A stretch of DNA of 30,803 nucleotides from a virus (lineage: Duplodnaviria > Caudoviricetes). Position numbers and translations under genes: made by a program. The DNA lies in the IMG/VR virus record IMGVR_UViG_3300028837_001614, positions 1-30,803 of that record. One strand, given 5' to 3'. Position 1 is the first letter of the stretch. Each line of letters opens with the position of its first letter. The notes beneath the pieces are model-generated. The model saw only the letters and a program-made list of their open reading frames with translations, was not told the DNA's origin and made no database searches. Shown one piece after another: positions 9,601 through 18,680 of this stretch.

Positions 9601-9726
9601 AACCTCTAAAACTGGCTTCGCTCCCCACTCAGTTTTAGATTCTAAAGAAGGAAATCCTGCTTGCTCTCTTTCTCTATATTGAGAAATAGCATTATCAAAT
9701 GCTTGTTGTATTTCAAGTCTTGGCAT
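6667..9726 (-). CDS. Large internal virion/DNA-ejection protein
   Basis: 1019 aa, helical; FHLRNMYSN and LFDY...VFPFYTWSRKN motifs typical of large podophage internal proteins; third of three ejection-position genes. Confidence 0.75.
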   Translation of the reverse strand: MPRLEIQQAFDNAISQYREREQAGFPSLESKTEWGAKPVLEVAEEAKIGGGTLLGKMIDVLSRGEYASAALAKDYMLGKPFDVKSAIKGLKGEEKGTYDELMPALFPEWGKWKQKAMGLSLAIFADPTTYIPMGVIAKGTGKGIKAVKATKAAEKAMETKLAKGFIPSAGLPKPYYEMKYYAKKGLEAEQERILDDIKYLSKGLNTDDMKRLSYFREHPDKVADMPYKLQTKLEQIGSRFDGLIDEGVEKNIITADTAAKWKQKEIPYMAHYYPERGINIVSGKLPPGLFDKVKKPSFLKQRKFETLEDAKGLSDEFLDISKAKTIEEANEKIAQYGLTDAFGKGQVTDFKDLKNYAKAQSAVYKPEENILKSLGIRRLEQVNVIAKKQFVDNALSEFGMKVKAGTKVVPEGQGIYLPKGALRFYGKEYLEPNFVRNLRGLADKLQDLRIKTEKISEVKKTTETTITGGVKLAESGPTAKLEGVMRDALTNRGMTTGEADVYISKLKAGGSSAVDDIIREITEKSEITKTSLSEQFLEKDLIDVSSLSEVQLRRMVGVSGKVPTYMMPESVARDMNRASALFSGDPATRGFWKLFDKGQNAWKGMATVMRLPFHLRNMYSNWWQAWLAGVNNPQRFIQAAGIQSGALKEIKLGNKIFSYGEIKKAIEDFGIHGKGWAGADIPVTYFNELESIINHGKLRHLNPMKLGRKFGVMIEDNSRIATFLDQIAKGKSFKDASRSVRKYLFDYTELTDFEKKVMRRVFPFYTWSRKNIPLQIQNVLSQPRKYQAYAKGTRAFQEPETQEELRLKPDYFQELLYVQSPFKTSKGKPMYMSIDLPPQEFNRLSSIRHWVSSMSPYKLLAEVGLNIKTFPEISKIKEYPMDMGTAPFWVAYLPKKIQSKLTDWHIVDKIMNKETGEMMLGMDKKWRHAFQTAFPFLNELNRIYAQPITLDDERPEMKWRAYLSGIGFSALDTVFQEKQEIYDKMGDIKNIQKFVSQHGREPNKKEMEILAPNLPELRE

Positions 9727-10619
9727 TATTTTTCTTTATAAGCATTTATAATTTCAATTAACTCTTTAGTGGTAGCACCTGCCATTCTTGCTGCTTTAAT
9801 TCCGTGTTGCAATTCTATTTCAACACCTAAATCTGTCATTACAGTCTGTTCAATCCGGGCTATATCGTTTTTATCAAGTCTCTTTTTCTTTCTTTCAATA
9901 TTCATAGTATGAAAAAGACCCTGTAATCTTGCCCGTCTTTTTTCAGGAGCAAGTGTTTGAATAGCACCCATAACACCTGGGGGAGTCTTAAATTTGTTAA
10001 TATAGTTTTGAATAATAGTTTCTTTGGCGGTTTGAGGTTCACCTTTAGGTTCTTTACCCAACAATTTTATCTGCTCTGGTGTTGCTTTCTTCTCAACAAA
10101 TGCTTTTCTTGCTTGTTCTAATGTTGATAATCCTTTCTTTTCTTTCCCCCTCTCAGGATTAAAGTAATAATTTTTATCCTGGAGCTTAAAACTTGGATCA
10201 CCAGCAGGATAATTAGCGTCAACAGGAATCAATGTCTTATCTGCTATCCACTTGGCTATTTGCTCATTTTTAATGTTGTCAGCTTGGAATGAGTTTATTA
10301 TGCTAATTCTGCCATCTTTTCCAATTTTCGCAAAACCCTTCTCACCCATCTTAACCAAACCATGTTCATCATAAAGGGTTTTTCCGAGTGATGGTTCTGG
10401 TGCTTTTTTCCCCTCTTGCGTTTTTCTAAACCTTCTATCCCATTCTTTGTTTGCTGCCTTTATTTTCATTTTATCAATTTCTACATGTTTCTTTAACAAC
10501 TCTTCTTGCGTCTTGTGTTGTATGTATGCGCTAAGAATAGGTTGTAGGTTTTGAGCGAAATAGCCCATTGTAGACATAGCAGGTCTACGATATTCAGTTG
10601 GAAAATTATATACTGTCAT
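9726..10619 (-). CDS. Putative internal virion/ejection protein
   Basis: Synteny, coupled stop/start, K/E/Q-rich. Confidence 0.6.
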   Translation of the reverse strand: MTVYNFPTEYRRPAMSTMGYFAQNLQPILSAYIQHKTQEELLKKHVEIDKMKIKAANKEWDRRFRKTQEGKKAPEPSLGKTLYDEHGLVKMGEKGFAKIGKDGRISIINSFQADNIKNEQIAKWIADKTLIPVDANYPAGDPSFKLQDKNYYFNPERGKEKKGLSTLEQARKAFVEKKATPEQIKLLGKEPKGEPQTAKETIIQNYINKFKTPPGVMGAIQTLAPEKRRARLQGLFHTMNIERKKKRLDKNDIARIEQTVMTDLGVEIELQHGIKAARMAGATTKELIEIINAYKEK

Positions 10620-10631
10620 AATTAAACTCCT

Positions 10632-11366
10632 TTATGTTCCTAAATCATACCCTCCGCCATAGCCACTAGTAGCGTCAGCACCATATGTTTCATAACCCGC
10701 TGCTGGCGCTTTGGCAGCAAACTTAGTATATTTATTTTGTAAGGCAGTTATTTGGGCTTGTAAAGCCTTGGCTTGTGCAGTTTGCGCGGTTCCTGTCGTT
10801 GCCGGGCTTATTGTTGGAGCAGTGCTTGTGAGCAAATCAGAGTAGGTTAGTGGTAACATAGAGGGTAACATTTGATAAGGCAGTTTTTGTCCCTCCCATG
10901 CTTGCTCTTGAGCCATTAACATTCCTGGTTGCATCATTCCCCATGCAGTCTGTGCCATTGCAGGGGCAGCCTTTTGCGCATACTGAGCAAACACATCTGC
11001 CGCTCCACCACCAAAGGCTGGCGTTTCTCCACTACCCATAGCTCCTAATTGTCCCTGTCCAGCAAGACCTTCTCTTGCCATTGCCATACTAGCCTTATAA
11101 GGTTCTTCTATTCCCGCCCTTACATTTTCATCAAGTCCACTATACCATCCGGCAGTAGGCATGGTTGGTTGAGCAGGTGTTGGCATTTGCCCCCCAAACA
11201 ATTCTGTGGCCATAGGCTGCATCATATCGTACATTGCTTTCTGTTGGGTGCCTTGATATTCTTTATAATATAACGGTAAAGGCGCCGAAGCTGCCTTTGC
11301 TGCTTTTGCTTGCTGCTTACTCTGATAATAGGCTAGTGCTGCTGCTGCTGCTGTTCCCCATCCCAT
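10632..11366 (-). CDS. Putative DNA-ejection (pilot) protein at the P22 gp7/T7 gp14-like position
   Basis: MGWGTAAAAALAYYQSKQQAKAA N-terminus; A/Q/G/M-rich. Confidence 0.65.
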   Translation of the reverse strand: MGWGTAAAAALAYYQSKQQAKAAKAASAPLPLYYKEYQGTQQKAMYDMMQPMATELFGGQMPTPAQPTMPTAGWYSGLDENVRAGIEEPYKASMAMAREGLAGQGQLGAMGSGETPAFGGGAADVFAQYAQKAAPAMAQTAWGMMQPGMLMAQEQAWEGQKLPYQMLPSMLPLTYSDLLTSTAPTISPATTGTAQTAQAKALQAQITALQNKYTKFAAKAPAAGYETYGADATSGYGGGYDLGT

Positions 11367-11368
11367 TT

Positions 11369-11821
11369 TTATCTTCCCCCTATAATTCTTTTACATGAAT
11401 GGACATATTCACTTTTAATTGTTTTGATGCCCAAACTGTCTAATATATTTTTAAAATGTTCACCCAGCTTTTTTGTTTGAGAATGAAACATTGCGTATTT
11501 AAGATTATTCTTTTCTAAAAACTCTGGAAATTTCTCATATAATTGCGTTATAAGCTCTTTATCCTTATCTTTCATATAAACAAATGACCATACACCCGTA
11601 GAGTAATATGGTGCTGCTGCTATATGAAAGCTGATAATGCCTATACACTTCCCATCTTTAATAGCTCCCCATATTTCACATCCGCTATACATAAAATATG
11701 ACATTAAACTATGAGCAGACATTCCAGGTGTTTTGAGTATATCAGCAAACTCTACAACAAGAGGCCATACTTGCTGTTGGAGGTAGTCAGGATTATTCAC
11801 TAGGGCTATTTGCTTTTCCAT
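11369..11821 (-). CDS. Putative GNAT-fold virion assembly protein (T7 gp13/P22 gp14-like position)
   Basis: IWGAIKDGKCIGIISF beta pattern; synteny between nozzle and ejection genes. Confidence 0.5.
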   Translation of the reverse strand: MEKQIALVNNPDYLQQQVWPLVVEFADILKTPGMSAHSLMSYFMYSGCEIWGAIKDGKCIGIISFHIAAAPYYSTGVWSFVYMKDKDKELITQLYEKFPEFLEKNNLKYAMFHSQTKKLGEHFKNILDSLGIKTIKSEYVHSCKRIIGGR

Positions 11822-12159
11822 TAGAGATAATTTCTCCTTATAACTAAAACGTAAACTGTACAGGATGCTAAATCTATCGCTCCCCCTGTATTATTTGCCA
11901 AAATACAGGTCACGGTATTTGCTGCTGTGACTTGTGCATTAAGCACTAAATCAACAATATCTATACTGAGGGATGCTATTGCAAAATCTCCCAATGCTGC
12001 ACCGGTAACTGTTACTTCTTTGGCTTCTTCATCTCCATCTGCTATCGAGGCAGCATCCCAGGTGTCTGATCCTGTATAACTTAAATTGAGTTGTTCTTTT
12101 AACCTCTCAGCCCATACAGCCAAATTAGGATCATCGGTTTGTAGTTGCTGTATCTGCAT
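11821..12159 (-). CDS. Small tail protein (needle/knob position)
   Basis: WDAASIADG...VTVTGAALGD...AANTVT...NNTGGAIDL beta-sandwich pattern seen in phage structural proteins. Confidence 0.6.
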   Translation of the reverse strand: MQIQQLQTDDPNLAVWAERLKEQLNLSYTGSDTWDAASIADGDEEAKEVTVTGAALGDFAIASLSIDIVDLVLNAQVTAANTVTCILANNTGGAIDLASCTVYVLVIRRNYL

Positions 12160-13733
12160 TAATACTTCCCCTGTGTAACATAGCCAAATTTAATATCATT
12201 CACGCTGAACGGCTCACTCTTTAAATTAGTACCCCATTTAATTTGATGTAATCGTGCTGTTTGATCTGGATATATTACAGGATCAGATGGACTATTCATA
12301 CTGATTGAACCAAGAGAAATCCATGTTTCCTGTTCAAGCTCACCTACCGTATCTCCACCACGCCACCAAAAGTCTATGCTTGCATTAATCTTTTCAGCTA
12401 TGCTTATCCATATTTCTAATAGTCGGGTGAAGTATCTGGTATCAAAAGGAATGATGGGCTCTATTCTATAACCATCCCAATCAGAAGCATTATCACCTTC
12501 AGATGTAGAGGAATATAAATGTCCATTACTGTTGCCAAAAACAAGAGAAGGAGATTCATTAATATAATATGCCCATGCATGCTGTGTAGGCCATACATCA
12601 TCAGTTAGAATAATAAGATCATTCCATGTCAAAGTAGACATTAATTGCCATACATCCAAACATCTTGCTGCCTTATTTTCATGGCGCCATTGGCCTGTCT
12701 TAGTATTATAAAATATTATTTTGCTTGGAGTGATGTCGCTATCAACCGGAATATTCCATGCTATTTCATTGGTAAAAGGAATTTGTTTACCAGTTATTAA
12801 ATTGTAGTATGTGGCAGGTATCCTGTTTATCATGCCCTCATAATCATCTGAGATAACGATAGGTTCATTCACACCGTTAAATTTATAAAACCCCCTGTTT
12901 TTGTCAAAGGCATAGAGGTTAATTCCATCTGATACTATGCAAGCATGATTAATACTTCCCCATCCCCTCAATATCCTTACCGCAGTAAACACAGGAGTTG
13001 AGCCTGAGTAATAGTCCATCCGCGTAATGTCTTCTTCACTAAAAAGAAAGCCCGTGTTATGCCCCAGTTTGTTACATCCTGTTAATGGTGCGTCACCCTC
13101 GGGTTTATAGAATTGATTGGCCGCTGCAAATTCCAAGGTAGCCCATGTAGGTAAAGCTCCTGTATATCTCACATCCAGATTACCATTTGTCTGATCTGAA
13201 TATACACCAATAATCATATTAGCAAGGTGCATCAAATATCTAAATTTATATTCTGTACCTGACAGAATAAGTTTGGTTGTATTAGCATCTCCATGCTTCC
13301 ACTTATAAGGTGTGTGTTCTCCTCTATCAGCGAATATTGCATATCCACCGAAATTAATTATGGAATAAAGATCAACATCATCTGTGGCAAAGGTTGTAGT
13401 GCCTGCATCTTCTATTGCTACCGGATCTCTGCCCGTAGCTCCACCATAAACATAAAATTTACCATTATCCCAATAAAGATGGTTTCTGTTTGTGCCATCC
13501 CAGAGTTCCATCAATCCTAAACATTTAGTTTTCTGGGCGGTTGCACTATTACTCCATTGCGCCCTGCCAAATGACTTTGAACAGGAATCCTTTTCCCTAT
13601 TAAGGTCAAAGTTCTGTCCTCCTACATCATGGGTCAAGAAAATAGTTTCACTTATTGCTTCATAAAGTGTAGGGCTATCTATAGGGCAATTATTCTTTGT
13701 TCCCAATAATGGTTTAATCGTGAGATAATTCAT
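12159..13733 (-). CDS. Tail nozzle (tubular protein B/P22 gp10-like beta-propeller)
   Basis: 524 aa, beta-rich with IIFYNTKTGQW-type blade motifs; synteny. Confidence 0.7.
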   Translation of the reverse strand: MNYLTIKPLLGTKNNCPIDSPTLYEAISETIFLTHDVGGQNFDLNREKDSCSKSFGRAQWSNSATAQKTKCLGLMELWDGTNRNHLYWDNGKFYVYGGATGRDPVAIEDAGTTTFATDDVDLYSIINFGGYAIFADRGEHTPYKWKHGDANTTKLILSGTEYKFRYLMHLANMIIGVYSDQTNGNLDVRYTGALPTWATLEFAAANQFYKPEGDAPLTGCNKLGHNTGFLFSEEDITRMDYYSGSTPVFTAVRILRGWGSINHACIVSDGINLYAFDKNRGFYKFNGVNEPIVISDDYEGMINRIPATYYNLITGKQIPFTNEIAWNIPVDSDITPSKIIFYNTKTGQWRHENKAARCLDVWQLMSTLTWNDLIILTDDVWPTQHAWAYYINESPSLVFGNSNGHLYSSTSEGDNASDWDGYRIEPIIPFDTRYFTRLLEIWISIAEKINASIDFWWRGGDTVGELEQETWISLGSISMNSPSDPVIYPDQTARLHQIKWGTNLKSEPFSVNDIKFGYVTQGKY

Positions 13734-13734
13734 G

Positions 13735-13780
13735 TTGACAAATGCTTTAAAATAAAGTATCCTTTCCTAAAAAAGGAGGT
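13735..13780 (+). promoter_or_regulatory. sigma70 promoter and RBS of the reverse-oriented lipoprotein gene
   Basis: TTGACA(13735)-17 bp-TATCCT(13758); AAGGAGGT at 13773-13780. Confidence 0.75.
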
Positions 13781-13786
13781 AATGTA

Positions 13787-14089
13787 ATGAAAAAATTATT
13801 TTTATTATTAATTTTTCTATCCTTTCTATTTTCCTGTGCATCCTATACCTGTCTTGATGAGGCTCTTGATACAGCCAAACAAATAGAGACCAAAAACAAT
13901 CTCATATTTGCAGAAGGCATTGTATGGCCTGATACCCTTCATGTTCAATTATGGCTCTATAATGATGATACATTCAAAATTCTCTCTGGTCACTTATTTG
14001 AAGATAAGTGGCAATTCCAAGCTAATGAGTTTTATACCTATGATACTTATATGTCTCATGTAAGCGATTATTATCTCCACGAAATGTAA
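13787..14089 (+). CDS. Moron lipoprotein, 100 aa
   Basis: MKK, hydrophobic core and LFSC lipobox-like site; own promoter and RBS; opposite strand to all neighbours. Confidence 0.8.
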   Translation: MKKLFLLLIFLSFLFSCASYTCLDEALDTAKQIETKNNLIFAEGIVWPDTLHVQLWLYNDDTFKILSGHLFEDKWQFQANEFYTYDTYMSHVSDYYLHEM

Positions 14090-14808
14090 GGTCTTGTCGG
14101 TACTATTATTTTATCTGTTAAACCTACTACTGGAGCAGCTCCAAAGGGATTGCTTTTAACAATTCTTATTTCGTCTAAATGACCATCAAAATAATAGTCA
14201 TTATGTACCCCATCGCCACCTATGTATAAAGATCCAGTAAAAGTAGCTGTATCCGCATCAGATGTATGTGCAACCTGAGTACCATCTTTATATATGCCAT
14301 ATTCATTCCCTACTTTACACATGGCAACATGATGCCAATCAGTATCGGTAATTTCACCGCCATAGTCTATGTTTAATATAAAATCTCCTTCATCTCTTAC
14401 ATAAAACCTTATACCATTGCCGTGATAATGGCTTAATGCCCACCTATCATGGTTTCCACCGGGTTCAACTTGACGTATATAATTTTCTGTCCCCACATGA
14501 TCGTCATGCTTTACCCACAAATCTATTGTAAAATCAGTGGAAATATCCCAATCAATACTATCAGGAATTGATAAATAATCTCCCGTGCCATCAAATAATG
14601 CCGAAGCTCCTCCCCATTTACTCTGGGCTGTATCTACCTGTGCATTCCCATTCGCTGTTACTGTATGATTGCTTGGTGAAGAGTCAGGAAAGGATGTGGC
14701 TGCATCTGTACCATTACAATGCAATAGTAGAACTGGCTTTTGATTTACCAATAAATCCCTGCTATCATTAGTTACCCTTGCAGAACTTCTATCCCAAGAT
14801 ATTATCAT
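14071..14808 (-). CDS. LamG/ConA-like virion protein
   Basis: LLLHCNG...FDGTGDYL...DFTIDLWV...WHHVA...FDGHLDEIRI. Confidence 0.85.
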   Translation of the reverse strand: MIISWDRSSARVTNDSRDLLVNQKPVLLLHCNGTDAATSFPDSSPSNHTVTANGNAQVDTAQSKWGGASALFDGTGDYLSIPDSIDWDISTDFTIDLWVKHDDHVGTENYIRQVEPGGNHDRWALSHYHGNGIRFYVRDEGDFILNIDYGGEITDTDWHHVAMCKVGNEYGIYKDGTQVAHTSDADTATFTGSLYIGGDGVHNDYYFDGHLDEIRIVKSNPFGAAPVVGLTDKIIVPTRPYISWR

Positions 14809-14809
14809 A

Positions 14810-15433
14810 TTAACTCCAAGCGGTTTCTATGCCCACAGAAGCGGCATACTGAATAACCACACCAAATAACCAGGCATCTTCTGTCATGTCGTCTGTACCA
14901 GAAACGTTGCGGGATATTTTTAGGTTAATGAAATGCTCTGCCGCTGGAGTTCCATTAATGGTTACTGCCGGGGTTTTAGCTGTAACGTGTATATCTGCAT
15001 CCTTGCCAGCCAAAACTGTATCAGAAATTACCTCTCCTGCATCTGTATAGGCAGTATCAATGGCGTCATCATCGGTTATTGAAATCCCTTGTATTTGCCA
15101 TTCAACTGTATCTCCGGCAGTACATGCTGAATCCCCAGGAGCCCAATAGAATTTAGCTAAGATTGTTGAGAGATCCCAATTTTCTGGCATAACAAGATTA
15201 ACAGAAATATATTCTTCTGTAGCTCCATCAAAGGCATAATAGGGTATCATAACATCATTGGTTGCATATTCCTTTATTCCTGCCTCTGCACCATTAGTGC
15301 TTAAAGGAACCATTGCCCCAGCACCAATCCAGATAGTGTTATATTTACCTAAAACATCAAAATTTTCTTCAATATCAGGCACATCAGCACTTATGGCATT
15401 AGCTAATGCTGGTTTTCCAGCGTTCCAAGTCAT
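14810..15433 (-). CDS. Tail fibre/collar-type structural protein
   Basis: N-terminal anchor-like WNAGKPA...IEENF followed by a beta-sandwich (AFDGATEE...MPENWD). Confidence 0.6.
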   Translation of the reverse strand: MTWNAGKPALANAISADVPDIEENFDVLGKYNTIWIGAGAMVPLSTNGAEAGIKEYATNDVMIPYYAFDGATEEYISVNLVMPENWDLSTILAKFYWAPGDSACTAGDTVEWQIQGISITDDDAIDTAYTDAGEVISDTVLAGKDADIHVTAKTPAVTINGTPAAEHFINLKISRNVSGTDDMTEDAWLFGVVIQYAASVGIETAWS

Positions 15434-15445
15434 ATTATTTTCTCC

Positions 15446-16192
15446 TTAATTTTGATTACTTCTTGCAGACGCTTCCTCAAAGATACTAATTGCCCTAAAC
15501 CCTCTTTCTTTCCACCTTCTCCGTGCATCTACCTTTATACTCCTGCCTAACCCATCAATCCATTTGGATTTATACCACTTAGCCCTTTCCCAATCTTGAA
15601 TCGATTCACAGGCTTCATATATGGCATAATCACAACATCTGAATCTCTCTACTTCAGGCAAGAAACTAAAGTCTGTAGAGGTATTATCATCTCCTGACCT
15701 GTCATATTCCAGTTCAATAATGGGAGTACCGTTTACAGGCGGGCAGAGCCATAATTCCATATTCTTTATACAGGTAATGATGGGTTCGTTATTGCTTTCT
15801 TCATCAACATCGGGAAATTTGAGGTCAAACTTATTAGAAGGCCATATCTTGAGTTTTCTATCATTTGTAGTATCTTTTATGCTAACATCTCCACCAGTAT
15901 AATCTGGAGGCAGAGATAGCCTGTAATCTCCCGCAGACAGTGTTGCATAAGCAAATCTGCGGGAGAATGTATAAGATTTAACCTGCATAAGTTCTTCTTT
16001 AGCCCGTATACACCACCTCTGGACGCTTGCCAATGTTGGACTTGTGGATGTAGATAAAGTTCCACGTTTCAACTTGCTTTCAATTTCAGTTACCATTTCG
16101 GTGATACTGGCAAGAGTGCCTGCCGTGAAACTAACGATAGGAAATTCAGTCCAGGCTGTTGAAACCGAAGTGGTCGCGTCAGTAATTGACAT
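15446..16192 (-). CDS. Head-tail adaptor (tubular protein A-like)
   Basis: LSLPPDY...LWLCPP...IELEY pattern; synteny. Confidence 0.65.
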   Translation of the reverse strand: MSITDATTSVSTAWTEFPIVSFTAGTLASITEMVTEIESKLKRGTLSTSTSPTLASVQRWCIRAKEELMQVKSYTFSRRFAYATLSAGDYRLSLPPDYTGGDVSIKDTTNDRKLKIWPSNKFDLKFPDVDEESNNEPIITCIKNMELWLCPPVNGTPIIELEYDRSGDDNTSTDFSFLPEVERFRCCDYAIYEACESIQDWERAKWYKSKWIDGLGRSIKVDARRRWKERGFRAISIFEEASARSNQN

Positions 16193-16204
16193 AACCTATC
16201 CTCC

Positions 16205-16489
16205 TTATGTGCCTATGGCCCATAGTTCACATTGATCGCCAATATCTGCACTTATAATAAGCATATCAATGTATGGGCCTGAACAGGTGCTTAAAAACCA
16301 GTCACCTATATCCGCACTGGTCATTGTAGCTCCTTGGACCATTACATGATCGAAATTGTTCATACCGCAACTTGCCGCTGTTACCGTAATACCTCCCGCT
16401 ACTGCTGAAGCTACAGTAATCTCAAAAGCTCTGAATGCTTTTCCACCTACTTGGCCTCTTGCCTTTTCACTTATTGTTAATATTGCCAT
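16205..16489 (-). CDS. Small virion (decoration-like) protein, paralog A
   Basis: Paralog of 16503-16784; AGGAGG RBS. Confidence 0.7.
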   Translation of the reverse strand: MAILTISEKARGQVGGKAFRAFEITVASAVAGGITVTAASCGMNNFDHVMVQGATMTSADIGDWFLSTCSGPYIDMLIISADIGDQCELWAIGT

Positions 16490-16502
16490 TTTTCTATCCT
16501 CC

Positions 16503-16784
16503 TTATGTGCCTATGGCCCATAGTTCAAACTGATCATTAGCGTCAAGACTGGTAACATTCATATCAATGTAAGCACCCGAAACTGTACTTAGGAAAAAAT
16601 CACCTATATCCGCACTGGTCATTGTAGCTCCTTGGACCATTACATGATCGAAATTGTTCATACCGCAACTTGCCGCTGTTACCGTAAGTGAGCCTGCGGT
16701 TGAAGTATCGGTAGTAATCTCAAAAGCCCTGAATGCTTTTCCACCCATACTTTGTCTTGATTTTTCAACTATTGTTAATGCCAT
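16503..16784 (-). CDS. Small virion (decoration-like) protein, paralog B
   Basis: Ser/Thr-rich (21 of 93 residues by hand count); AGGAGG RBS. Confidence 0.7.
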   Translation of the reverse strand: MALTIVEKSRQSMGGKAFRAFEITTDTSTAGSLTVTAASCGMNNFDHVMVQGATMTSADIGDFFLSTVSGAYIDMNVTSLDANDQFELWAIGT

Positions 16785-16798
16785 CTTTCTTTCCTCCT

Positions 16799-17707
16799 TT
16801 ACTTTAAATAAAATTTTAAACTGCTTGTTGTATCTATAGACCTTAGTGGATCACAACTTGAATATAGTAATGGTGATTCATCTAAAATGAATCTCTGGTC
16901 GCAATCCTCACAAGGCAATCCCTCAAAATCACCTATCCTATGCCGTGCTCTTAGATCATTGTATGCCTCCCCTTTTAAGATTTTCTCTAAACTCTCTTTA
17001 TGAGCATCTCCTAATACTATTTCCGCATCTGTGATGAAACAGCAAGGAATAACTTTTCCATCCCATTGAATCTGAATTGGCCCCCTTTCTGGCCTGCCAC
17101 ATGAGAGCAAATGGTTAGATGTTTTTTCCCTATATTTTTTAAGCGTTGACCAATTATGAGGTCTCCATATTTCAAGATCATCAACCATGCCTTCCCAATA
17201 ATTCCGTACCTGCTGGACTGTTTCCCCGTTCATCGGTATTACTGTAAGAGATATTTTTCTATCAGGGTAAAATTCATCTTTAATTCTTTTCGTATCTTCA
17301 AGATTATCAGTTGTCACTTTCCAGTTAAGTTTTCTATGAACTTTTTCATAATTCTCTTTGTTGATTGCATGGATGCTAAATCGTATATGTGTTAAACCTG
17401 CATAAAAGAGATCATGCATCCTACTGGAAAAACATCGAGAACCATTAGTTGTAATAAACGTTTCAAGCCCTAAATCTGTGCAATATTGTATCTTATCTTC
17501 TAAGTCGAGATCGACTAAAGGTTCACCAAACCCGAAGGGAGAGATAAGTTCTGCACCCGTATCTTTTGCTTGATCCACCAATTCCTTAAAAAAGTTAGTA
17601 TCCATAATACCCTTTGGTCTGATCATGGTATCATGAGCACACATGGCACATCTGGCATTGCAAATATTTGTTGTCTCGATTCTGCATTCAGGGTTAATCA
17701 ACTGCAT
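16799..17707 (-). CDS. Radical SAM protein with SPASM/twitch domain
   Basis: CNARCAMC (CxxxCxxC); FGEP; ITTNG; C-terminal CGRP...WDGKVIPCC...CEDC. Confidence 0.92.
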   Translation of the reverse strand: MQLINPECRIETTNICNARCAMCAHDTMIRPKGIMDTNFFKELVDQAKDTGAELISPFGFGEPLVDLDLEDKIQYCTDLGLETFITTNGSRCFSSRMHDLFYAGLTHIRFSIHAINKENYEKVHRKLNWKVTTDNLEDTKRIKDEFYPDRKISLTVIPMNGETVQQVRNYWEGMVDDLEIWRPHNWSTLKKYREKTSNHLLSCGRPERGPIQIQWDGKVIPCCFITDAEIVLGDAHKESLEKILKGEAYNDLRARHRIGDFEGLPCEDCDQRFILDESPLLYSSCDPLRSIDTTSSLKFYLK

Positions 17708-18480
17708 AGCATTTGTATCCTGCTTAAATTTCTTTCTGCATACTTAACTCTTCTCACCAAATAAGGATTGAATCCTGCCTTCCTTGCAATCCTGTCAAGG
17801 GTACTCACTTTAAAAAACCAAAAGTGCAGACTGTTAAACTCATCATGTGATTTATCCAAATAATCAAACTCATCTGCATCCGGCACTTCAATAAATACTG
17901 TTCCGTTATCTTTTAGATCATGTTCTTTTATATCCTTCAATGTTCCAATAGGATCTATAAAGTGTTCCAATACATGAACAAGTGTTACAAGGTCACTATT
18001 TCCAAACATTCCTTTTTTATAAAATCCATTAAAACAATTAATGTTCAGCTTATTGTTTATAAATGTCGCTGATTTACGTTCAGGTTCAATACAACATACT
18101 GTGGGAATAGTTTTCCTCATCTCATAAGGAAAAACACCCAATCCACTACCTATATCCAACATTGACTGTGGTCTTTTCTCTGCTATGTTGTGTGATAGCC
18201 AAATACATCTAAGCCTATTTTCTGATACTGGAAGAGCTTGTATTCTTTCAAATTCTTCTGCTACGCTTGTGCCTCGCATATTGCTGTCACGATATTTCAA
18301 ATAAGCATTTTCTATTTGATCTTGCTTTAGCCCCGTATTGTTAAAATAAAGTCCGCATTGCTCACAATGCCACCACGTTCTATGGCTCATGGCTAAACCA
18401 ATAGCATCAAGGTATTTATCCGGCTTTGTGTAAGAATAGACTGGCTTAAATCTATCATTTCCACAGAGATAACATTTCAT
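17698..18480 (-). CDS. Class I SAM-dependent methyltransferase with N-terminal Zn ribbon
   Basis: CYLCG...CEQCG; LDIGSGLG; HVLEH; FIEVP. Confidence 0.9.
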   Translation of the reverse strand: MKCYLCGNDRFKPVYSYTKPDKYLDAIGLAMSHRTWWHCEQCGLYFNNTGLKQDQIENAYLKYRDSNMRGTSVAEEFERIQALPVSENRLRCIWLSHNIAEKRPQSMLDIGSGLGVFPYEMRKTIPTVCCIEPERKSATFINNKLNINCFNGFYKKGMFGNSDLVTLVHVLEHFIDPIGTLKDIKEHDLKDNGTVFIEVPDADEFDYLDKSHDEFNSLHFWFFKVSTLDRIARKAGFNPYLVRRVKYAERNLSRIQMLCS

Positions 18481-18680
18481 TTCTTTCTCGCAAGCAGTGG
18501 AATATACATCTTAAATCTTCTGGGGCTTCTCTCATTTGACTTTTTATTTTTCTTCATTATAGCCAGTTTTACTTTTGTGCCTGCAATACACTCTGTGCAC
18601 ATACCCCACAGTGGTATATCTAAACCAACCAATGGAGCACCGCACCCTATACAGTTTCTTTGAGTTAGTGGATCATCCAT
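18477..18680 (-). CDS. Small Zn-ribbon protein
   Basis: CIGC...CTEC; overlaps both neighbours. Confidence 0.6.
   Translation of the reverse strand: MDDPLTQRNCIGCGAPLVGLDIPLWGMCTECIAGTKVKLAIMKKNKKSNERSPRRFKMYIPLLARKK

Larger units (their letters stand above)
16196..16784. repeat. Tandem gene duplication with 298-bp period
   Basis: Identical 34-bp blocks at 16196-16229 and 16494-16527; identical 88-bp blocks at 16302-16389 and 16600-16687. Confidence 0.95.

Noticed and set aside
16196-16784. Diversity-generating retroelement TR/VR pair
   Set aside because: Differences are not adenine-specific, both copies are intact genes with RBSs, and there is no reverse transcriptase in the window.
16799-18480. 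DNA-modification pathway (QueE/7-deazaguanine or DNA methyltransferase)
   Set aside because: The radical SAM has a SPASM/twitch tail unlike QueE, the methyltransferase lacks DPPY/NPPY or PC motifs, no queC/queD/folE/dpdA is seen, and the context is structural.
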